Assembly: GCA_013239625.1 (NCBI GenBank)
Contig: MU053881.1
Location: 3,865,957-3,929,956 of the forward strand
DNA: 64,000 nt
Direction of reading: 5' to 3'
Origin: Lama guanicoe
Taxonomy: Eukaryota
Part shown: positions 23,185-35,740 of the stretch, piece by piece
How positions within the stretch are numbered: the stretch's first letter is position 1
Layout of the letters: each line of letters starts with the position of its first letter
Notes under the pieces: model-generated
The model's database searches: none
What the model was told of the DNA's origin: nothing
The model's input: the letters and a program-made list of their open reading frames with translations, nothing else
Program-made: the position numbers and the translations under genes

Positions 23185-23385
23185 GCAGCGAGAGCCGCCA
23201 TTTATTAAGCGCTCACTGCATGCCGGATACCATGCTAAGCTTCACTTCAGCCCGCTGACCTAGGCTTTGTGTTTAGCCCCATTTTATAGTTGAGCAAAAA
23301 GAGTCTCCAGGAGGTGAGGTGCCTGCCAGGGAGTGGGCAGAGGGGCTGCAGTACTGCCTGACACAAAGCATGTGCTCCAAATGAC
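23185..23385 (-). mobile_element. MIR SINE
   Basis: CATTTATTAAGCGCTCACTGCATGCCGG...CCCCATTTTATAGTTGAG. Confidence 0.75.
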
Positions 23386-23399
23386 CTAGTTTCCTGGCA

Positions 23400-24112
23400 G
23401 AAGTAGGGTGCTGGTGGTCCTCACGCCGGTAATTCACACGTATGCTTTGCTGGACAATTTGCTATGAATTGTTTCCCTTAAAAATCAGAAAACTTCACAT
23501 TAAAACGGGAGGATCTGGCATCACAGAGCCTATAATCATGCCTGTCAAGAGCAACCAAGTAGGAGAGCCCATGGTGCCCGGTGCTCCCTGCTGTCTCGTC
23601 CCTTGCTTCCTCGTTCACTGTTTTTCCCAACATTAAGAAAACTTTCAGAAATACAGAAAGCTTCAAAGAATTGTACAGTGAACACCCAATACCTAGATTC
23701 CACCACTACATTTTACTCTGCTTGCTTGATCACTTCTCTTCCCATCTCTCCATCCCTCTGTCCCTCCCTTAATCCATTTTTTTTTGATACATTTCAAAAC
23801 AAGTTGCAGGCATGGGTACACTTCACCTCTAAACAGGTCAACATGCATACTGTGAACGAGAGTTCAATATTTGTTGGCAGTTCCTTCTGTTGAGATAAGA
23901 TTTATGCATATAGTGCAATGCACAAATTTTACGCATACCATTCTGCAAATGTTGACGAAGGCATACAGCCATGAACCCAAAGCTCCATGAGGTACAGAAC
24001 ATTTGTCCCCCCAGGGAGTTCCTTCGTGGCCCTTCCCAGCCAATCCCATCCCTACCTTCTGCTTCACTTTTGAATATTACCAGCCCATAGGCATTTCAGT
24101 TTGGAGGTCATG
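23400..24112. mobile_element. MER102-like element interrupted by old L1 3' fragments (~23630-24050, - strand)
   Basis: TTAAAAATCAGAAAACTTCACATTAAAA and CCCATAGGCATTTCAGTTTG flank L1MC/ME-like text (GAATTGTACAGTGAACACCCA). Confidence 0.55.
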
Positions 24113-24659
24113 GCAGACAGCAGGGAAGAGAAGGGCAGGGAGAGAAATAGCTTCAGGATTAAACAGGGACAAAGGGATCTGGGTCATGCTTTCTTGCCTC
24201 CTGGACCAACCCTCCCTAAGCGGGGCCAGCCTCCGCCCTCTGGCTGTCTTCTGCTCTGCTCCCCGCTACCTGAGGACACCATCACACCTCTTTATGCAGC
24301 ACGTTTGCTCATGCTCTGTCCTCTGCCCGGGGTGCCCCTCGACCTGGCCAACTCCCACCCCTTTTGCAAGTTAATTCAAACCACACCCTGGCCCAGAGAA
24401 GGTGAGTAAATGGTAAATCTGGCCTGCAGATGACAGGGAATCAATGTTTATCTTTTAATGAGTTAATGACTGATTGGATGGAGCTGTTTTATGTAACAGC
24501 ACTTAACTCAATGCTTGATGCATAGTAGATAGTCGATAAACATGTGCCACATTTATCATAGTGAAAGTAATGTGAGTTTTGTAAACATATCCTTCTTTTT
24601 TTTTTTTTTTTTGCTTTCTTTGCTGTCAAATTCTTGATTCCTAGAATCATATAAAGCTG

Positions 24660-24800
24660 TATACTTGAACTTGGAGTCAAAAGACCTAGGTTTGAGTCCC
24701 TGGTCTGATTCTCCCTTGCTCTGTGTTCTTGGGCAAGCCCCTTGCCCTCTCTGAGCCCTCAGTTTCCTCACTGGCATGAAGGGGACAGTAGGAGCTCCAG
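24660..24800 (+). mobile_element. MIR SINE
   Basis: TTGGAGTCAAAAGACCTAGGTTTGAGTCCC...CTCAGTTTCCTCA. Confidence 0.8.
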
Positions 24801-24804
24801 GAAT

Positions 24805-25391
24805 TGAGCAGGAGGGAAGGGGGCAGAGCACAGCCATTAAAAGAATGACAGAGCAGTTAGCACCGAGATGGAGGGAGATTCAGCCCCCAGTAGACCTTGA
24901 GCTTCAATATACGCCCATCATAATAGAAGAATGTGCTAAATGGTCCTCCCACAGGCGCCAGGACAGTTTCAAGGCTGACGGTAAAATGTCAAAGGGTGGG
25001 TGATGGCCCAGCTCCTGGGAACCCCAGCCCCTTCCCCAAATGAGTTGAAATAATCCTCATAATCCTCCCAGTTGTCAGCATATGAAGTTACTGAGCCCAT
25101 GAAAACTAACAACTCCGCTCCTCGTGGCCTTTTCTCTGTTTATGGAGGGAGTAAACTACTTTTGCTTTAACCTCCCCATGTCTCGTGGCCTCTCTGGCCT
25201 CTGAAGAGGCCCTCACTCTGTCTATGGAGTGTGCATCTCTGAATAAATCTACTTTTACTCAGCTACGCTCGCTCTTGAATTCCTTCCTGTATGAAGCCAA
25301 GGACCCACACTTGGCGGGGTGCGTCCCAGGGACTCCTCCGGGACCTGGGACATGGCCATCCTCTCACACCCCATTTTTTTTTCCTCCATTC
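24805..25391 (+). mobile_element. MER41-like ERV1 solo LTR
   Basis: TG start; AATAAA polyA signal then CTCGCTCTTGAATTCCTTCCTG...GCCAAGGACCC, as in the MER41 3' end; 4-bp GAAT on both sides (24801-24804, 25392-25395). Confidence 0.75.
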
Positions 25392-25964
25392 GAATCATTG
25401 TAATGCCCAGCAAAAGAGTATAGGTGAAGAACGCAGAGGCCGGTGAAGCCACCTTTCCAAGGTAAAATGTCCCTCCGTCCCAGGCAGATTACTCAAGGAG
25501 GTTCCACTTTGTCACAGCTGTGACTTCAGTGCTTAGTTACATGAACCTCAAAGGGCAGTAAGACGACGTGGATGTGAAACCTGACTCAATTCTGAATCCT
25601 GGGGTTAACTTAATGAACCTAGTCAGCAAACAAGGCACAGTGGTCCTTTCTCTTCAGGGTTAACACAGAAATAAAAGAAGATAATTTGTTTCAAAGCACA
25701 GTGTGAACTGGACGGGACTATACGTTGCTCTCAGGGGTCAGTACGTTAGGTGTGAACCCCCTTCGTCGCTCTGCCCCAGTTCAAGCTGCTGTCGTCTCTT
25801 CTCTGAGTTTCTGCCCATTCCTCCACCTCCACACCTGTCCTTGTACCAGTCCAGAGTCCCCGTTTCGGCCAGCGGAATCTGAGCGTGCTTAAAAAGCCCT
25901 GCTTAAAACCCTTCAGAAGCTTCCATGGCCTTCAGGAAAGCATCTAACTCCATACTGTGTGTGT

Positions 25965-26200
25965 GTGTCTTAAATTCTCTTGAAATATGATTTACAAAGG
26001 GCAAAATACAAATTCCTTAAATGCACACACGGATGAATTTTGACAAATGTGCACACCTGGCTAACCAACACCTGAATTAAGGTCTAGAACAGTCGCATCA
26101 CTACCAAAAAGTTCTCTCATGCTTTTGTGCAGAAAACCTGCCCTACGAGAGGCAACCTCTGTTCTGAAGTTATTGTCATAAGCCAGTCCTGGTAACTCTT
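25965..26200 (-). mobile_element. Ancient LINE-1 3' end fragment
   Basis: GGATGAATTTTGACAAATGTGCACACCTGGCTAACCAACACC. Confidence 0.65.
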
Positions 26201-26249
26201 TTTAAAAGAGCATTGATGATGCATCAGAACCATCATCCTTTTCTCTTTT

Positions 26250-26385
26250 GCTTTTCTTTTTTTTTTTTTTTGGTGAATCATATGTGTGCTTTACTTATTT
26301 TTTTAGTGGAGGTACTGGGGACCGAACCCAGGACCTCATGCATGCTAAGCATGTGCTCTACCACTGAGCTATGCCCGCCCCCTCT
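26250..26385 (-). mobile_element. Vic-1-like SINE
   Basis: GGAGGTACTGGGGACCGAACCCAGGACCTCATGCATGCTAAGC...GAGCTATGCCC. Confidence 0.9.
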
Positions 26386-26539
26386 CCATACCGTGTTCTG
26401 AAAGGCTGTCATACCTGGCCCTGCCTCCCCACCAGCTCTTACCAAGCCTCCTTGCACACCAGGCCTGCAGGGCTGGCCCTGTGGGAAGACCTGCCCTCAG
26501 CTATCTCTGGGCCTTTGTGTATGCGCTTCTGCATGTCTC

Positions 26540-26650
26540 CAACCGTCTCTTCTGTGCCCAGAGCACAGGGTCAGTGTCTTGTGACTGCTGTCTCCCCCAG
26601 AGCCTAGCACTGAGCCTGGCGTGTAGTAAACACTCCATAAACATCCATTC
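26540..26650 (+). mobile_element. L2 3' end
   Basis: CCCCAGAGCCTAGCACTGAGCCTGGCGTGTAGTAAACACTCCATAAACAT. Confidence 0.7.
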
Positions 26651-27344
26651 AGGGCGTAAATCCCTCACTTACTTAGGGTGTCAGACAGCGCCTAGGGCAT
26701 TCATGTGCATTATCTCAATGCGTAGATATCCCAACTGCTCTGTCTCTCTCTCTCTTGTTTTTATTCACAGCATCACAGCAACTAAGTACATAAATAAATT
26801 ATTTTGGGCCCTAGGAAATAAGGCGTTTAGCATTTCATTGTATAGAAGGTCTCCATGTCAGCAATACTACTCTTATACTTGGATGGAAAATTATATGATG
26901 TGTGTTTTATAGTCCTGTTGCCGTTTCACAACCATGGGTGTAAATGCATGCATCTTCTTTCATTTCCCCTCTAGGAGCAGAGACGGGCTGCCCCTCAGAT
27001 CTCCTGCACGTCCATCCATCCAGCCATCCATCAGGAGCCTGGGAAATCTTCCGGCTAGGGGAGAAAGCCTCAGAATCCTGTTGATGGCCTCAGTGAAGGT
27101 GGCTCCCAGTCCCACAGTTTTTCTCCCTTGCCAGGTAACTCACAAGGCTATTTGTTCCTAAGTGATGAAAATATACATGAATTACATTCATCACAAGGGT
27201 GTTTTAAGGGGTCAATTGGCATAATTTTCCAAACATCCCTTCCTAGTCCTTCCCTGTAGAGGGCTGCTCATCCCACAGGACCCACTCAGACTCACGCCCA
27301 CCTAAGACACCTTAGGGGAGGGACGGTTGGCATTTGTAAATGGA

Positions 27345-27540
27345 AACCAACATCAGACTGATACACGAACTCTGGCTCCACCACTTACTGCCTGTGTGAT
27401 CGTGAGTAAGTTATTTTACCTCTCTGTGCTTCAGTTTCCTCATCTACAAAACAGGATAAATCTTGACCCTCGGAGGTGGGGTGGGTGTTGGATGGAACAA
27501 AGATCTCAAGTGTCTGACGTGGTGCCATGAGCAGGTACCA
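27345..27540 (+). mobile_element. MIR SINE
   Basis: CTGGCTCCACCACTTACTGCCTGTGTGATC...TCAGTTTCCTCATCTACAAAA. Confidence 0.8.
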
Positions 27541-28249
27541 GGTGCCAGGGGGGCATCTCATGACTTCCGGCCGCGATGGGTTTTCCTCAAGGGCCAGCTC
27601 TGATGGGTCAAAGTGGCTGCTGGGAACATTCTCTCAGGTCTTCCAGGACCATACCTGGGCTCATAAGGAAGGAGGGCCGTGATCTCTCTGTCAAGGTGGA
27701 CGGGGTGAATGAGCAAATGCTAAGTTCACGCCATCCCAGATAAGGCACTTGCTGATGGATGCTCCTGTGTGGGGTTGGGCTGGTTCTGCATGAATCTCGT
27801 GGAAGCTTGTGGACTCCTTTGTCACAGATACTCTGTGTCCCACCAGGGGCCAGAGGTAGACCTGGGGATGTGCCCATTGCATGGTGGGCACTCTTGAGGT
27901 TGAGGAGATGAGGAACATTTTGAGGAAGAAAGCGAAGATGTTCAGGTCAACTAATAGTCTAGCATAACTTTCCTCCCATTGTGAGTTCAGCAAACACTTG
28001 GGTGACTTTTCTTTTATTATTTGCCTCTGCAATTATGAACCACTTGTTCGGAGAGCGGGCTTCTATTCATTTACAGCTGGGTCACCACAATGTGCGTTGG
28101 CCTGGGGAGACCTCCCAGGAAGTTATATAAGCTTCTGTGTGGAACCCAGGATCCTTATTCCGGCCAAGTTTAACTAAATCAGCTGGGGCTGTTCTTTGAT
28201 TCTAAAGATAGAGCAGGGATTGGGGTTGGGGGATTCCCTTACCACCCCA

Positions 28250-29330
28250 GCCATCCTTTCTGGTCTTAATTACACAAATCTCGCCCTCCGGAAACAGAAA
28301 TCCTCATGAATAGTAACCCAAGGAGGACCGCGGTCTATACACTGATGTGTCTTATCTCTGTAATTTCAGAAGAGACACGGAAAAAAAAGATGGATCCTGA
28401 ACAACTATTTGTCTAATAAACAGCCCTCCCCCCAGCCCCCGCCGCCCCCTCATTTCCTGCAAAGAAAGCTCTGTTGCAGCTAATCCATCTTGGCTCCGCT
28501 CAGAGCACATTATCATTTTTATCGGTCTCATAAATCGCCTTTCCAGATTACACAAAAATATACATTGCTCCACTATAATTACTCCAGACCCCCGCCTTCT
28601 CCCTTTTCATTTTGATCCCAGGTAAACCCCATCATTACCCGAATCAGTGTGGCTTCCCCAAACGTCCAGATTAAAACGGACGCTGGGGACTTATGCAAGA
28701 ATGAGTCAGCCAAGCAATTTGAACCAATAAATATCAAAGTCGTGTCTAAGCAGAGAACAATTCATTTGATACCACATCTGTCAACAGGCCCGGGGAGGAT
28801 TTTCCTTCCCAGGGCTCTCCCCCGGCGGCCCTGCTGCCTCTTCTTCCTGATTCTGTGAAGAAGCTGGATTTAGCTTCACAGGAGGATGGGGCCCCGCGAC
28901 CAGTAAGGCACCCAGTGCCCAGGACCAGGGTGGGGGCATCCAGCGACTGAGCTGCCTGCCCTCCACCCGCTATCAAAACGGCCCGTGCTAATGCCTTCGC
29001 TGGGCAAACGCACTCTGCAATTAGCAATTCTTTTTTATTGGTTGATGTGGGCCTCTGGCCAGGAGGAGCTGGGATTGAATCAATATTCCTTTTATTATGT
29101 CATCGTAGGCAAATGAGTTATGAAAACAAAAGCTTAATATGAAGCTGCCAATGCTAATTACTGGGTAGGATGCGAAGGCACAATAAACAAAGGGCGCTCT
29201 GTCCAGGCGGGACTTTGGGAGCTGCCCTTGGACTGGGTCTGGGGGCTGCCCGGGCCCCCGGCCCTCTCTCCGCAAGCCCTGGCCTCCCAGAGGGAGGTCG
29301 GAGAGACCAGTCCCACTGACTCAGCCATCT
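28250..29330. promoter_or_regulatory. Candidate developmental enhancer block
   Basis: About 1 kb free of recognisable repeats and dense in homeodomain, Hox13-type, TCF, SOX, GATA and AP-1 motifs. Confidence 0.5.
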
Positions 29331-29454
29331 CGGAGGCCAGGTGAAACCCAACTCACTACAATTTGATTCCAGGCGTGAATTGAGCACCTACTGAATACCG
29401 GGCACTGTGCTTTTCAGGCACCACCAGACTCTATTTCCTGCTGTCTTCTACAGT

Positions 29455-29672
29455 CTAGTGGTGAAGAGGGTGCGTCTTGAGAATCAGACACACCTGCCTT
29501 CAAATCTCAAGTCAGATGCCATTTACCATGGAAACTTGGCGTCTCTGACCCTCAGTTTCTTCATCTGTCAAATGAAGATAACAATATGCATGTCACCAAG
29601 TTCAAGGAGGATCGACTGGGAAAATACGGGCCGGATATTGCATGATGCTGGCACTCAACAAATGGTAACTAT
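29455..29672 (+). mobile_element. MIR SINE
   Basis: CTCAGTTTCTTCATCTGTCAAATGAAGATAACAAT...GCACTCAACAAATGGTAACTATT. Confidence 0.8.
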
Positions 29673-29734
29673 TCTGCCTCTCTTCCTTCCTCTCCTCCTC
29701 CCTTCTCCCCCTCCTCTTTTCCCTTCATCTTATT

Positions 29735-29881
29735 TTTTAGAATATAGTGTGGTTTTTATTTGGAAGGGAGAGGTAATTAGGTTTATATATTTATTTACCT
29801 AAATGGGGGTACTGGGGATTGAACCCAGGACCTCATGCATGCTAAGCACACACTCTACCCCTGAGCTCCACCCTCCTCCAT
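29735..29881 (-). mobile_element. Vic-1-like SINE
   Basis: GGTACTGGGGATTGAACCCAGGACCTCATGCATGCTAAGC; TSD CTTCA(T/C)CTTATT at 29723-29734 and 29882-29893. Confidence 0.92.
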
Positions 29882-31559
29882 CTTCACCTTATTATGATTA
29901 TACCCATCTTCTTCATCCTCATCATTCTATGAGCATCCCTAGTGCCCAAAGGTGGACTCACAAGATGAGTTGATTGTGTGATGAGTGAACAGGAAGCAAG
30001 AAGGAAGGAATCAGGTCTTGGAATATGGAGGGGATAAAGGATAATTCACATCAGGGCCTTGAACCCCAGAGCTGACAGCCTAACGGAGAGACAGACGGGC
30101 ATCAAGCTGACTGTAGTTGAAGATCAAGGGAAGGGCAACCCATGTTGTCATGGTCAACACTCACCTCCACCCTCCTCCCTGCTTCTGTCTTCAAGATGGA
30201 AGAATGAGACTCCTCCCTTTGTGAGAAAGTCCTCGCCTTCTCCTTGGGTGGAGGGTGGGGTGGCATCTGCCAGCCTAGCTTGTGCACTTTCGGTCAAGTC
30301 ACAGGTGGTGGGAGGCCGGGTCATCAGGGAGGGGTGGTGTGGGCTGGGAATAAACTGTCACAAGCCTGCCTTGTGCGAAGAGTGACACTCACGCCTCCTC
30401 ATGTGACCTTCTTGGTAGTTACTGGGGGCTCCTCGCTGCATCGCATGTTACAGAGGGTAAAGCAGCTCCCCAGGATCACACTCGCACACACCCACGAGGA
30501 GCCCTGGGGGTGCTGAGTTCTCACTTGGCCACGTGATTTTAGGACACTCACTCACCTTCTGGAAGCTTCAGCTTCCTGTCAGGACGATGGTGAGTACAGC
30601 AGAGCTGGACTCCACAGGTGTGTGCTGCGAATCCGAAGACAAGCGGGGTTTTGCCTCCAGAACCCGTGCTGGCTCTGAGTCTCCCCAGGGCCTCCAGGAT
30701 GCCAAGGGTGGGAGGGCTCGGCCACTCCCTGTCTTGACTGGCCTGCCTGGCGCTGTGCTGGGCCGGCCATCAGTGCCGGGTCAGTCTTTGCTCAATGAAG
30801 CAGGATAATCGTCTAAACCAAATTATCTGCCATCAGTAACAGCTTCTAAGCAATTTTCCTTTCGTGCAGTCAAAGGAAGCCTCTGCGGTGGGGCTTGTCA
30901 GCCCATTTTCCAAGGAAAAACTGAGGCTCCAAGGCAGAACGTGGGGAGCCAGGTGGACAGGGCGAGTCAGGGCTTCCGACGTGGATCTGAAACTCTTCTC
31001 TCCAAAGGCAGAGCAATCAGGGTCTTGGTTGTTCATAAACTGGAGGAAAATGGCCTTGACTTTCCCTGTGTGTCCTGGCCCTCCCTGCATTTCTGCAGGA
31101 CATGGGATGAGGGCGGTCTCTCTGCATCCCAGGCTAGAAGTATTCCTACAGTAAAGGGCTTCTGGAGGTGGTGGCTCAGGCTTCCACCGAATACGCATGA
31201 AAGAGAAGTGGAAGGCTCTCCTTTTCCATTTTTCTACTAAAGTAACAGACTCTGTGTTTATGGAGTGCAGGCCAGCTTCGTGGGTGTGTAACAGGCAGTC
31301 ATACAGGACTCTGTGCTTAAGGTTTCACGCCCTGTGGCCTGGCAATTCTCAACAATTTTATCTTCACATTTGTGCCGTGTAGGTGAAGGCAGATGGGGCA
31401 GTGGAACATACACTGGAGTCGTGGAGGTTCAGCTGGCCCCACCTCCCCCGTTGCCTCCTGGGGATGGAGACTCAGTCGCTTACTTCTCTGCTCCACCCAG
31501 TGACTCCTGCCACCCTCTGTTCCTGGCAGGGGCCTGGGCACAGAAGCAGAGGGGGCTGG

Positions 31560-31806
31560 GGTTGGGAGCGTGTACTCCATTGGATGAGGTGTGAGGCAGA
31601 GCTCCTGACATCTCTGAAGGTCTGCACTCACCCTCCAAGTATGCCTATGCCCAAGGGAACACAACATTAAATAGCAAATAAAAGACACCATGACAATTGA
31701 AGAGACAAATCATGGAAGAAAAGGACAAACTCTTCCTCTGCTTTTTGAACGAAGCTCCTGCATTTTTATTTTGCACCAGGCCCTGCAAATTATGGAGCTG
31801 GCCCTG
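31560..31806 (+). mobile_element. MER45B-like hAT element (3' part)
   Basis: TTTTATTTTGCACCAGGCCCTGCAAATTATGGAGCTGGCCCTG is the same terminus as the element at 8140. Confidence 0.7.
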
Positions 31807-31884
31807 CGGGACTTCAGCAAGACTGGACAAAATAGAAGCCATGGTTGTTCTGACTCACCACCATTATATGACCCAGCACTGGCT

Positions 31885-32130
31885 GGTAGCAGGGTGGTGT
31901 GGGTCCAAGACAGGACAGCCCAATGGATCCCAGTGTGGACTTTGGAATCAGCCTCTGGTCCTGCCTGCTGTGTGACCTTGGACAAGTTACTTGGCTTCTC
32001 TGAGATTTGTCTTCTTATCTGTCAAATGAAGGTGATTATCGGGTCGTGAGGAAGAGTCAATGAGAACAGGCAAGGGAGAGCTCTTGGCAAAGCATTTGGC
32101 ACAAAACAGGTGCTGAGAGGTGTTAGCTTT
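31885..32130 (+). mobile_element. MIR SINE
   Basis: GCTGTGTGACCTTGGACAAGTTACTTGGCTTCTCTG...TCTGTCAAATG. Confidence 0.8.
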
Positions 32131-32242
32131 TGTTGTTGAGTCATTGTCATCGTCATCTGAGTTCTGGTCACTTGCATGACCTTGGACACATTAACACCTA
32201 TGAAAACACCTAGCACCACGCTGGTTCCGCTCTGGTGTCTCA

Positions 32243-33628
32243 AAAATCAATAGTGCATTCATGTGTATGGTCAACTAATTTTTAACGAGGGTGTCAAATC
32301 TGCACAGTGGGGCAAGAAGAGTCTCTTCAACAAACGGTGTTGGGGAGATTGAATATCCACCTGCCACAGAATGAAGTTAGACCTCACCTCACACCACAGG
32401 CAAAATATAATTCAAATGGATCAGACACTTAAACTTAGGAGCTAAAACTCTTGGGAAAAAACACAGGGAAAAATCTTCATGACATTGGATTTGGCAATGA
32501 TTTCTAGGACACTGAAAGTACAGGCAACAAAAGAAAAAAAATAGATAAACTGGACTTCATCAAAAATTTTACAAAGCTTTTGTACATCAAAGGACACTAT
32601 GAAAAATAGGAAAAACTCACAGTGTGAAAGAACAAAGTTTGAAAATCATATATGATAAGGAATTAATATCCAAAATATGTAAAGACCTTCTCCAACTCAA
32701 CACAAACAAAAACAAAAAAACAGAAAAACCCAACTCAAATATGGGCAAAGGACTTGAACGGACATTTCTCCATAGAAGATGATACAGGTCCAAGAAGTAC
32801 AATGAAAACACTAATGAACCACTAATGAACAGGTACCTGCAAATCAAAAGTACAATGAGATACCACTTCACATCCATTAAAATGGCTATAATTTTTTAAA
32901 AAAAAAATTAAAAGAAAAAAACCCAGAAAATAAGAGGTGTTGGCAAGGCTGTAGAAAAATTGGGACCCTTGTTCACGGCCGATGGAAACAAAATCGATGT
33001 AGCCACTCTCCATTGGGAGGCTCAAACAATTCGGCATTCAAAACAAACACTCAAACGATTTGGCAGTTCTCAAAAGACTAGACATGTGATCAGCAATTCT
33101 ACCCCGAGATATGTGCCCCCCAAAATGAAAAGCAGGGACTTGAAGAGTTGCTTCTACACCAAAGTTCACAGCAGAACTCATTCACAGGAGGCAAAAGGTG
33201 ACAACAGTCCAAGAGTCCATCGAGGGATGAATGGATGAGCAAGATGTGGTCCATCCATGCAAAGGAATCTTTGGTTGCAAAAAGGGAAGGAAAGGCTGAT
33301 ATATGCTACCCCGTGGGTGAATCTGGAGGGTACTATGCTGCGTGAAATAAGCCAGATGTGAAAGGACGAATATTGTGTGATTTCACGTGCACGGGGTATG
33401 TGGAGTAGCCAAATTCATAGAGGCAGGAGGTAGAAGAGAGGCTATCATGGGAATGGGGAGTTACTGTTTAAATGGGTACAGAGTTTCTGTTTGGGATGAT
33501 GAAGTTCTTGCAGTGGGTTGGGGAGAAGACTGGACAACATTGTGAGTTCCTTAGCCACTGAATGAGACACTTAAAAATGGTGAAAATAGTAACTTTGATG
33601 TGATGTTTATTTTAACACAATAAAAAAA
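32243..33628 (+). mobile_element. Old LINE-1 (L1MB-like) ORF2 3' part plus 3' UTR, apparently inserted in a MIR
   Basis: L1 text (AGTCTCTTCAACAAACGGTGTTGGG; GAGATACCACTTCACATCC; ACTTAAAAATGGTGAAAATAGT...CACAATAAAAAAA); MIR halves at ~32165-32195 and ~33635-33740. Confidence 0.9.
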
Positions 33629-34001
33629 TTATGGTTATCTCTTAATTGCCCTGAGCCTCAGTCTTCTCACCTGTGAAATGGCGGTTAAGAATACATGCCT
33701 TCTCTGTTGCGAGGCTCAGTGGGGCTAATGGCAGAGGAAGGACCCGGGACAGGTCAGTGGACTGGACTGGAACGGGTCAGGTGCTTCCGTCCTGCTCCTG
33801 CCCCTAGCCGGCCATTCGGGCCGAGCCTGAGGCCTCAGGAGGCCTTGGCTTTGCCCAGAGAGAGCTGGCTGTTGGTTCAGAGACCTGAGAACAGCCCAGG
33901 CATGTCTGGTTGGATCTGGGGCAGAGGGGGGCGGGCTGGAGTATCAGAAGTAAGCGCTGAGGTAGAAAAGTCCTCAGGTCAGTGTTTAACTTACATAGAC
34001 T

Positions 34002-34138
34002 TTTTTTTTTCTAATTTTTTTTGGGAGGTAATTAGGTTTATGTATTTATTTACTCTTAGAGGAGGTGCTGGGGATTGAACCCAGGGCCTCCCGCACGCTA
34101 AGCCTGCGCCCTGCCGCTTGAGCTACACCCTCCCTGCC
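34002..34138 (-). mobile_element. Vic-1-like SINE with GC-biased substitutions
   Basis: GGAGGTGCTGGGGATTGAACCCAGGGCC; TSD AACTTACA(T/G)AGACT at 33988-34001 and 34139-34152. Confidence 0.9.
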
Positions 34139-35297
34139 AACTTACAGAGACTCTTTTAAGAAAAGAGCTACTAATAAGAAAAGGGTTCCACACTACAATT
34201 TGGATTTCCAATTTTTTTTCTTTAACGATTGGACCAGCTGACATCTCTGGGCCCACACTCCAGCTGTGGCAGTCGTCTGGGGTCCCCTCAGTTCCCCCCA
34301 TTCCTATCTGCCTGCTTCACTGATTTTTCCTTTATTCAGCACATTTCCATCTGGATCTCATAAACATTTGAGTTTACAATCCCTATTAAAGGTACTGTAT
34401 CATCCCCCTCCCAGAACTGTTCCCAAAACATTAAATATATGTTATATACCTATATAAAATATAGATATATGATGTTGATATAATTTGATGTATGATATAT
34501 AATGATATTGATATTTATGTAAAATGTATGTTCTTCGTTGGGTTTTTTCCCTCTGCCAGATGACAAAATATACAAAATACTCACTTGTGATGAGCACGTC
34601 TGGTGTCATCTCAGTTCCGACCTCTGCCGTTTCCTGACCACCGCTTTCCACGTCCTGCTGACTTCTTTTCCCCTCTGCCCCTAGCACAGCCAGCTGTTTT
34701 AAAAACAACCAGCCACCACTACCGAATGCTTCTAGAAAACCAGTGGCAACGTTTACCCGAAGCTTTCTGCGGGTGACACCCTTCTTTTGGTTTCCAAACA
34801 ATCAGCTATAATAGGGACCAGATATCTCTCAAAATAGCTGACCGTTTCACTGAATTTTCAACCCCTGCCTTTTTTTTTTTTTCACTCGTTTTGGTGTTTG
34901 TAGATCTTTTGTTAGTGGGATGTGCAGTTGGACTTTTTTCTCCAGTGACTGGAAAGATTGGGAGGACAGGAAGGGAGAGAGGCATGGGAGGTGGGGCCAG
35001 CATGTGCTATGGCACACCTACTGTGTGCCAGGCCCAGGGCTGGTATCCTGGCCACCCTGAATGGCTCTCACTGAGCCTCAGTGTCTTCATCTCAACTATA
35101 GACATAGAAAGCATTGTAACATGGCCTGCTGGTCTCTGAGAGAGCGTCTCTTGTGCAACTGGCTTTGGATCGGATTGCCAAATTGCAAATTGAGGCACAG
35201 AGAGGTTATGAAACCTGCCCAAAGTCACACAGCAATGGAACAGGGCCTAAGAATCTGTTCATCTAATCTCCTTCAGGCAGTGTTCCTCCCCTTACAC

Positions 35298-35740
35298 TGG
35301 TGTTTTCCAGGTGTTGGTTATTCAAGTCTCAACTTATAAAATTATACGCTTAATAATTTTGAAAAATCAATTTACTCTTTTTAGAACTTCGTAGCACGAC
35401 CATACATGGAAATCAACGATCATTTTGCATGAATGGAAGGTATGATGTACAAATAGATGCAGTAAAACACAGAAACCTTGTGAGTAAATTCTAGCTTGAT
35501 GCTGTTGCCTGCCAGACTTCTGTTAAAGAGAAGGTTAGCAATTGCTAAGCGAGGAATTGAAGACAGGCTAGCACCTCACTGAACTCTTTCCCTTGATCTA
35601 GTTCGAAGAGCTGGAAGAAAATCGAAACGAGAATAGCTTTCCGTGGGTGAGCCACTGTTCACCAGGGTTACCCACCGCCCTGTGGTACCCACAGAATTCA
35701 CCTCTCCCCATCAGGGTGAGCCCACACTACCTCCACGTAT
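35298..35740. mobile_element. MER113-like hAT-Charlie element
   Basis: AAATTCTAGCTTGATGCTGTTGCCTGCC and GAAGACAGGCTAGCACC motifs. Confidence 0.65.
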
